The translations under genes were made by a program, and so were the position numbers. Positions 57,374 through 64,000 of a stretch of 64,000 nucleotides of DNA are shown in pieces. Within the stretch, counting starts at the first letter, position 1. Every line of letters starts with the position of its first letter. The stretch is taken from assembly GCA_038733315.1 (NCBI GenBank), contig JAVYPJ010000002.1:192001-256000 (forward strand), given 5' to 3'. Below the pieces are notes generated by a model. It was given only the letters and a program-made list of their open reading frames with translations, was not told where the DNA came from and did not search any database. Source of the DNA: Candidatus Aenigmatarchaeota archaeon (GTDB lineage Archaea > Aenigmatarchaeota > Aenigmatarchaeia > CG10238-14 > SpSt-28).

Positions 57374-58230
57374 TTAAGCAATCCGCAGTTTTTTTTATAG
57401 AAGCTTATCCCGGAATAGTTAATTTTATAAAGAATTTTTTTGAAGATTTGCCAAGAGAGTTAAAAGTTCTAAAGTATAAAGACTCTCCAGAAGTTTACAT
57501 CGCTCAAGGAATTTTGCTCTCTTTTTTAACATTTTCTTTTTCCTTAGTATTTCTAACTATAATAATTTCAGTACTTTCTAAAAACGTTGTGCTTTCTGTA
57601 TCTTTATCTTTTTTAGCATCATCTCTAATTTCTTTTTCTATGTTTATATTTTATCTTAGGTTTCCTTCGATGAGAATAAAAAGTTTAGCAATAGGAATTG
57701 ATAGGGAGCTTCATGAATCCTTATATACTTTTAGTATATTTGTTAACGATAAAACACCATTACAAATATCTATAAACAATTTCGTAAAGAGTAATCCGCA
57801 ATATAAATTATCTAAGGAATTGAATGATATACTAAAACTTATGGATTTCGGTGGTTTAGATATATTATCAGCTATAGATAAAAAAATTGAAATGTCTGCA
57901 TCTTCTAAGCTCTCAAAATTTCTTTTTGGACTATCCACAACAATAAAAGGCGGTGGAAGTATAAAATCTTATGTATCAAATTTTGCTACAGAAGAGATAG
58001 AAGAATATAGAAACAAAATAAGAGAGGCTGGTAGAAAAATGGGCATGATTATGCAAATATATTTAATTGTTTTAGTTCTTGGTGGAATGTTTATAAATAT
58101 AATAATTTCCATCTTTTCACTTTTACAGCCGATGGAAGGAGTTGTAGAAATACAGTTTTTTATGGGGTTTGTATTAATACCACTAATTTCTATAATGATA
58201 GCACAAATAATTAAAACTACTTTGGCATGA
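57370..58230 (+). CDS. Type II secretion F-domain (TadC/ArlJ-like) platform protein
   Basis: TM pair, IDREL, GLDI..A, S..L.KF..GL...IKGGG, C-terminal TMs. Confidence 0.85.
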   Translation: MIKQSAVFFIEAYPGIVNFIKNFFEDLPRELKVLKYKDSPEVYIAQGILLSFLTFSFSLVFLTIIISVLSKNVVLSVSLSFLASSLISFSMFIFYLRFPSMRIKSLAIGIDRELHESLYTFSIFVNDKTPLQISINNFVKSNPQYKLSKELNDILKLMDFGGLDILSAIDKKIEMSASSKLSKFLFGLSTTIKGGGSIKSYVSNFATEEIEEYRNKIREAGRKMGMIMQIYLIVLVLGGMFINIIISIFSLLQPMEGVVEIQFFMGFVLIPLISIMIAQIIKTTLA

Positions 58231-59132
58231 TGCAAAAAACTCTAAAAATTACAATCCCAGCATCTATATTGGTAGCAATAATTATATTTTTCATAGATTT
58301 GACCTCATTAATTCCTGTTTTTTTGATGATAATTTTTATTCATATAGGAATTTTTGGATATGAAATGTTAAAAAAAGAGCTTGAAATATCTTTATCTGAT
58401 AGATATTTTTTGGTTTTTTTAAAGAATCTTTCAAGAAGCGTAGAAGTTGGAATTGCACCTATAAAAGCTTTAATAGAAATAAGCAAAGAGAAATATGGAG
58501 AAATAACTAAACATTTCAGAGTATTTAAAAGAAAATTGGAAGCTGGTATAGATATAGATAGCGCCTTCGAATATCTAATGAATACATTTAAAAGAAACAG
58601 AAAGATATTTAACTCATTAAGAATTTTAAATTTTGAGCTTAAAAGTGGGTATGCAATAAAAGATGCTATAGATTCTCTCTATGAATACATAATAAAAATA
58701 GGAGAAGTAGAAAGAGAGAAAAAATCTGTTATTTCTCAGTTCACAGTTATGTTTTATGCTGTATCGATTATTTTTGCAGTAATAATTCTTATTTTAGTTA
58801 GAGTGTTGGCTCCGGTATATTCACAATTAGTTACAACAAGTCAAAATGTTCAGCCAATATGTTTAGATCTTGGAGTAATATATTCGTTTAGAGATCTTAT
58901 ATGCAAAATGTATCTTTCAGAAGCTTATATATTTAAAAAAGATTTTAAAGAAACAGAGGCTTACATGTTTTCTGTCTTGTTTAACATTTCAATTCTGCAA
59001 GCAATATTCTCTGGAATAATAATAGGATATGGCGCTGAAAAAAGCATAGCTAAAAGTTTAATACATGCTGCAATACTTTTTATAATAATATTTTCTTTGT
59101 TTTTTATTTCTGGAAAATTAGGATTATTATGA
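58227..59132 (+). CDS. Second type II secretion F-domain platform protein
   Basis: FLKNL..SVEVG, YGEI, GIDI.SA, KSG, QAIFSGIIIG. Confidence 0.85.
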   Translation: MMQKTLKITIPASILVAIIIFFIDLTSLIPVFLMIIFIHIGIFGYEMLKKELEISLSDRYFLVFLKNLSRSVEVGIAPIKALIEISKEKYGEITKHFRVFKRKLEAGIDIDSAFEYLMNTFKRNRKIFNSLRILNFELKSGYAIKDAIDSLYEYIIKIGEVEREKKSVISQFTVMFYAVSIIFAVIILILVRVLAPVYSQLVTTSQNVQPICLDLGVIYSFRDLICKMYLSEAYIFKKDFKETEAYMFSVLFNISILQAIFSGIIIGYGAEKSIAKSLIHAAILFIIIFSLFFISGKLGLL

Positions 59133-59563
59133 AAGCTCAATCTTTTTTAGACTACTTAGTATCCCTATCTACTTTTATAATAGTTCTCTTTAGCGTGATT
59201 TTTTTCTCACTCTCAACAATATTTAATTATGTAGATGCTTTTTCTAACGAGGTATCTAAAACTCGCGCGCTAGTAATCTCTCAACAGTTAATATACTATA
59301 ATGGCCATTGGAATACTAGCGGAATTATAGGGCTTAACAACGGAACCTATAACGAAATAAATCATTCCAAATTTTTAAACTTTATAAATTTTTGTAATAA
59401 TGATGCAAATAAAAAAACTCTTAAAGATCTTTTCATCTCTAAGGATTTTTTTGTAGGGATAGAAAATATGAATTGTTCATCTCAACCAAATGTGCAGAAA
59501 ATAAAAAGAGTTGTTGTTCTAAACAATCAAATAAAAATTTTCGAGCTTGGTATATCGATATGA
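59129..59563 (+). CDS. Minor pilin-like protein
   Basis: MKA/QSFLDYLVSL hydrophobic N-terminus; W...GIIGL. Confidence 0.7.
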   Translation: MKAQSFLDYLVSLSTFIIVLFSVIFFSLSTIFNYVDAFSNEVSKTRALVISQQLIYYNGHWNTSGIIGLNNGTYNEINHSKFLNFINFCNNDANKKTLKDLFISKDFFVGIENMNCSSQPNVQKIKRVVVLNNQIKIFELGISI

Positions 59564-60585
59564 AGCTGCAGTTTTCTACAAACGATGCAATAATTGCAGT
59601 TTCAATACTTATAATTTTCTTTATAGTTTTGCAATTTTCTATGCCAAAAGTAATGTTTAGCGAAGATAAATATATAAAAATTATATCTTATGATATTCTT
59701 TTTGCTATCGATAAAACACTTAAAATAAACGCTTCATATATAAACGCAACGAGTGAAAACAATATAAGAAATAGTATTTCAGAAATATTACTAAACTACT
59801 TAGGAATAATTCCACTATACTTTCTAGATGATTATGGAGCGTGGAAAAGAGAAATTAATGTATCCTGTTTTTGTAATGAAAATTTTATTCTTACTTTAAA
59901 CAATCTTTTTAAGAATGTTAATATTAACGGAAGAACTATTAGAATAAACGTATTTTTTTCCAACTTCTCAGACATTTCAAGATATAGCAATGGATTTATA
60001 ATATATGGTTGTCATAATCTTGAAGAAAACTCCAGTTGGATTTTAAATCAATTGACCTATAATGGAATTCTATTCATATGTGATATAAATTCTAGCTATT
60101 ATGAAGCTCAAAAAGGTGTTTTGAAAGACATATTTAATTTAACTAATTTAACTTCCCCCCAAGATCAAACCACAACTCTAATAAAACCATCCAGCGGAAA
60201 TCTTGCAAGCTATAGAGCATATAAAATCCTTAAAAACCAATTCGGCTTTTCAGATAATCTAAATTTACAATTATTAACTAGAGATATTTGTGTTGCTCCA
60301 TTAAGCAAAGATGAATATTTATTTAAGCACCAAAATTCAGATATAGCAGCTATTACTATGAGATATTTCGGTAAGAATATAGTTGCTTGGTCGGTAGATT
60401 TTTATAGAGATGGAGAATTAAATGAAACTGAACAAAAAATTTTGTTATCTTTAATTTTATCTGTCGTTTCTTATAAAGATCCGCTTATTGATGAAAAATT
60501 TAGAAAAAATCTAATACCTTATGTAACCTATCATTACGTAAATTTTTTAGAACCCTTTGTACTATATTTTAGCATAGCTTCCTAA
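59560..60585 (+). CDS. Large pilin-like/adhesin protein (start MKLQ at 59560, ATGA overlap)
   Basis: MKL/QFSTNDAIIAVSILII signal-like helix; many N-x-S/T sequons. Confidence 0.6.
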   Translation: MKLQFSTNDAIIAVSILIIFFIVLQFSMPKVMFSEDKYIKIISYDILFAIDKTLKINASYINATSENNIRNSISEILLNYLGIIPLYFLDDYGAWKREINVSCFCNENFILTLNNLFKNVNINGRTIRINVFFSNFSDISRYSNGFIIYGCHNLEENSSWILNQLTYNGILFICDINSSYYEAQKGVLKDIFNLTNLTSPQDQTTTLIKPSSGNLASYRAYKILKNQFGFSDNLNLQLLTRDICVAPLSKDEYLFKHQNSDIAAITMRYFGKNIVAWSVDFYRDGELNETEQKILLSLILSVVSYKDPLIDEKFRKNLIPYVTYHYVNFLEPFVLYFSIAS

Positions 60586-62447
60586 ATTAATCTTAAGGTT
60601 TCTAAATTTCTGGGAGCATAGCTCTCTATATTAAAAAGCTTTTGATATGTATTTGCTAAACTAATTGTTTTTGACTCTTCGCCATGAACAACAAAAATTC
60701 TTTTTGGTTTTGAAGGTAAGTTATTTACATATGCAATTAATTGCCTTCTATCTGAATGACCACTCAAACCTTTAATATATTTAATCTTGGCATTTATTTT
60801 AAATTCCCTTATTTTTCCATCATCCTCTAATTGAACTTCCCTCGCTCCATCTAAAATTTTTCTTCCTAGAGTTCCTTGAGCTTGGAAACCAACGAAAATT
60901 AGTGAGTTTCTTTCATCCTCACAAATTTTCTTAAAATATTCTATCGCTGGCCCACCAGTTAACATACCGCTAGTTGAAATTATTACACAAGGTCTCTCTT
61001 CTAAAACCTTTTCTCTTTCGGATTTAGTAGAAACTCTTTTAAAAATTTCCTTGTTGAATATTTTATCGCTTATAACTAATTTTCTTCCATGTTTTCCTAG
61101 ATATTCTGGGTAAACTGTATATATACTTGTAGCATCCCAAATCATACCATCTATAAAAACTGGGTGCTCAAAATTTTCTCTAGCTAATATTGCCATAATA
61201 TCTTGTGCTCTTTCAACAGAAAAGCTAGGTATTAAAACTATTCCATTGTTATTTATAGTCTCATTTATAGCATCTATAAGCTCTTTTTCACTGTCTTTTC
61301 TCTTTGGCATTTTATCATCCTTAGAACCATAAGTAGACTCTATTATTAAGGTTTCTATTCTTTTAAAATCTTTAAATGCCGGATCTAATAAAGTAGTTCT
61401 TTCAAACTTTTGATCCAATGCATATACAATATTATATAATCCATCCCCTATATGCAAATGAATTAAAGAAGATCCTATAATATGGCCAGCGTTTTGCAAA
61501 GTAAGCTTAGTATCGCTAGTTATATCTGTAACTTGATTGTATTCTAGTGTTATTACTCTTTTTAAACTTTCTTTTAAACCCTTAACGCTAAAAAACGGAT
61601 TTACAGAATTTTTTTGCATTACATCAATAAAATCGGTAATTAGTAATGTATAAATATCTAGCGTCGGTTCACTCATATAAATAGGAGCGTCTAATCCTAG
61701 CTCATATAAATACGGAACAAAGCCAACATGATCTAAATGGGCGTGCGAAAGAATAACAGCATCTATTGATGATAAATCAAACTCTTTTATTCTTAATATA
61801 GGAAAACCGCTCTCATTATAAATTCCCGCCTTTATTCCACAATCAACTATTAAATTAGATTCTGGTGTTTCGATAAGCAAACAACTCCTACCAACTTCTC
61901 TTGCTCCACCTAAGAAAGTTGCCCTAATCCAATTTTTTTTAGTTTCTTTTATTTCAACAATTTTTTCGCCTATTTTTTGCAAAAAGTTCTTTCTAAACTT
62001 TTCCTCTTCGTGAATAAACTTCCTAACATTTGGAATTAGTGAAGAAGGTATAGAAGGTACCCTTTCTACAATTGGCGTCCATAGAGTCTCTTCCTTAATT
62101 TTTTTAGTATTTTCTGCGTTTTTACCTATTGCTAATGAGCTATTTTCTACCTCTATAAAAACTAAGCTTCGACTTTCTTCAAAAACAATATCTTTCAGAT
62201 TACTTTCTTTTGGTATTACATTCTTTATAAATTCCGATGTATAATTCTTATCTTTACATAAAGATGGATGCATCCTTACTTCTATCCTTCTTTTTAATTC
62301 AGAAATAAGATCCTTTATATATTCAAAGGAATTTTTGAAGAATTCCTCATTAGTTGTATAGATAACTATTTCTGCTCCTTCAAAAGCTATTTCTTTTACG
62401 AACCCCTTAGGTAATCTACCCTTTATTTTTTCCTCTATTTCATTCAT
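60582..62447 (-). CDS. fttA: Beta-CASP ribonuclease aCPSF1 (FttA)
   Basis: N-terminal KH domains, LGGAREVGRSC, SHAHLDH, AGHIIGS, IESTYG, SGHSD, VHGE. Confidence 0.96.
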   Translation of the reverse strand: MNEIEEKIKGRLPKGFVKEIAFEGAEIVIYTTNEEFFKNSFEYIKDLISELKRRIEVRMHPSLCKDKNYTSEFIKNVIPKESNLKDIVFEESRSLVFIEVENSSLAIGKNAENTKKIKEETLWTPIVERVPSIPSSLIPNVRKFIHEEEKFRKNFLQKIGEKIVEIKETKKNWIRATFLGGAREVGRSCLLIETPESNLIVDCGIKAGIYNESGFPILRIKEFDLSSIDAVILSHAHLDHVGFVPYLYELGLDAPIYMSEPTLDIYTLLITDFIDVMQKNSVNPFFSVKGLKESLKRVITLEYNQVTDITSDTKLTLQNAGHIIGSSLIHLHIGDGLYNIVYALDQKFERTTLLDPAFKDFKRIETLIIESTYGSKDDKMPKRKDSEKELIDAINETINNNGIVLIPSFSVERAQDIMAILARENFEHPVFIDGMIWDATSIYTVYPEYLGKHGRKLVISDKIFNKEIFKRVSTKSEREKVLEERPCVIISTSGMLTGGPAIEYFKKICEDERNSLIFVGFQAQGTLGRKILDGAREVQLEDDGKIREFKINAKIKYIKGLSGHSDRRQLIAYVNNLPSKPKRIFVVHGEESKTISLANTYQKLFNIESYAPRNLETLRLI

Positions 62448-62462
62448 AATTTTGAAGAAAGA

Positions 62463-63077
62463 TTAGATTTTTACAGTTTCTATAGTTACGCCCTTATCTG
62501 TAATTATAGCAATATCTATACCCTTACCGCCAGAACCAATATCCCTCTCTACAGCAGCTTTAATGGCTTTTATCGCAATCTCTTTGGCTTCATTTATATC
62601 TATCCCATCTTTGTACAAAGCTTCTAAAACTCCTAAAGCTATAGGACTTCCACTGCCTGTTGCAAAGAACTTTTTTTCTTCTTCCATTCCGCCAAGCATA
62701 TCGAAAGAATACATTTTAAATCCTTCGTATTCATCATATCCAGCAATTAGTATTTGAACGTAAAATGGATAAAATCTGTAGGCATTTAATATATTAGATA
62801 ATAATCCAGCTACTGCCTTTACAGAAATACTCCTATTATTTTGTATTTCAAAAAGCTTTATTTCAGCTCTAAGCCATCTTGCTAAGGTCAAATTATCCCC
62901 AACGCTACCAGCGGTTGTCATAACGATTTTATCACTTAATTTTACTATTTTTTCAGTTTCTTTACTAGCTACTAAATATCCCATTGTAGATTTTTTTTCA
63001 GCAGCAATTATTATTCCATTTTTTGCTATTATTCCTAAGGTTGTTGTTCCAGTTTTTAATTTTTCAGAAATCTCCAT
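62463..63077 (-). CDS. psmB: Proteasome beta subunit
   Basis: KTG/TTT processing site, AGSVGD, TGSGSP.ALGVLE, RDIGSG; conserved psmB-aCPSF1 pair. Confidence 0.97.
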   Translation of the reverse strand: MEISEKLKTGTTTLGIIAKNGIIIAAEKKSTMGYLVASKETEKIVKLSDKIVMTTAGSVGDNLTLARWLRAEIKLFEIQNNRSISVKAVAGLLSNILNAYRFYPFYVQILIAGYDEYEGFKMYSFDMLGGMEEEKKFFATGSGSPIALGVLEALYKDGIDINEAKEIAIKAIKAAVERDIGSGGKGIDIAIITDKGVTIETVKI

Positions 63078-63140
63078 TATTATTTATTTAAAAAAGTATT
63101 TAAATACTTTTTTAGATTTATTAAATTTATTTATAAAAAA

Positions 63141-63638
63141 ATGCTCTATAAAATAGAAAGCAAAAAACTGCTACCAAAAAAAGTAGTTTTTACAAAAGGA
63201 TATGGCTTCGATAAATATAAACTTATTTCTTTTGAAAAAGCTCTTAGAAGTGCGGGAATAGAAAGATTTAACCTAGTTAAAGTTTCTAGCATACTCCCAA
63301 AAAGAATAAAAATTGGCGGCATAAAAGATCTTGAAAAAATAGAGGATGGAGAAATTGTATTTGGAGTTATAGCAATAAACTACTCTAAAAAAGATTTTTT
63401 CGGAAGCTCTATAGGATATGTATTTCCAAAAAACAAAAACATCCATGGATATTTAACTGAATATGAGTTTAATTCGAAAAAAGATTTATCAAGCGAAGCC
63501 GAAAAAATTGCAATTAAACTATTTAAATCAAAATTTCCAGAAGAAGAAATAGAGAGTAGTGGATATTTTGGAATATTTAAAAAACCTAAGAAAAATTATT
63601 ATAATTGTTGTGTGTCCGCTGCTATATTTATAATGTAA
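63141..63638 (+). CDS. pdaD: Pyruvoyl-dependent arginine decarboxylase
   Basis: PKK..FT.G.G, SFE.ALR.AGI..FNLVKVSSILP (S-S cleavage), GYLTE. Confidence 0.88.
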   Translation: MLYKIESKKLLPKKVVFTKGYGFDKYKLISFEKALRSAGIERFNLVKVSSILPKRIKIGGIKDLEKIEDGEIVFGVIAINYSKKDFFGSSIGYVFPKNKNIHGYLTEYEFNSKKDLSSEAEKIAIKLFKSKFPEEEIESSGYFGIFKKPKKNYYNCCVSAAIFIM

Positions 63639-63684
63639 TCTATTGTCTAAATTATATTTATTAACTAAAACGAATAGAAATGTA

Positions 63685-64000
63685 ATGAAAAAATTGGGTG
63701 AAAATATTATATATTTACTTTTGAACTCTATAAGTATTTCTATTATAGGTTTTATTTTTTGGTTTTTATTACTAAAGTTTATAGCGCCAGAAGATTATGG
63801 AACTGTATCTTATATTTATTCAACATCAATACTTTTGCTAGGTTTTTTTTCATTTGGAATTTTCTGGTCAATATGGAAATACTGTAGTGAAAATCAATTT
63901 TATAAAGTATCGTTCTTTTCTATTATTTTATCCCTACTTATGATTTCAATGATTTTCTTAGTTTCACAGATACTTCTAAAAAATATCTATATCTTTATTT
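63685..64000 (+). CDS. Oligosaccharide flippase (Wzx/RfbX-like), partial
   Basis: Not in ORF track: MKKLGENIIYLLLNSISISIIGFIFW...APEDYG...FG; open to the window end. Confidence 0.75.
   Translation, partial: MKKLGENIIYLLLNSISISIIGFIFWFLLLKFIAPEDYGTVSYIYSTSILLLGFFSFGIFWSIWKYCSENQFYKVSFFSIILSLLMISMIFLVSQILLKNIYIFI

Noticed and set aside
1783..62757. Numerous 60-170 aa ORFs antisense to or nested in long genes (e.g. 1783, 6938, 8084, 22827, 32019, 34966, 45938, 54600)
   Set aside because: Ser/Phe/Leu/Ile-rich mirror translations of Lys/Glu-rich genes; no motifs
1..64000. CRISPR arrays, rRNA genes, IS transposases, defence systems
   Set aside because: None seen; the only strongly GC-rich structured islands are the three tRNAs

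Overview
AT-rich, extremely compact archaeal chromosome segment. Gene content and divergence suggest a thermophilic DPANN lineage such as Aenigmarchaeota (inference; full-length reverse gyrase present). It is mostly core information-processing genes: the RNA polymerase/str cluster, fragments of the spc operon, secY, a histone, trpS, dph5, GINS, rpp29, rgy, ABCE1, aIF2-gamma, the proteasome-SBDS-exosome operon, TIP49, gatDE, ogg, lhr, fen1, aCPSF1 and three tRNAs (one with a BHB intron). It also carries an intein-containing PEP synthase, an orphan tyrosine recombinase and two type IV pilus/secretion ATPase loci. Main oddities: (1) RpoB' and RpoA' are fused into one 1427-aa ORF, with strongly altered bridge helix and trigger loop; (2) an orphan 742-aa secretion ATPase is flanked by three paralogous membrane proteins and two coiled-coil proteins, a candidate undescribed envelope machine; (3) an unannotated 29-aa Lys/Ala-rich microprotein; (4) non-canonical motifs in uS12, aIF2-gamma, NusA and the histone. 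All calls rest on motif recognition by eye; no searches were run.
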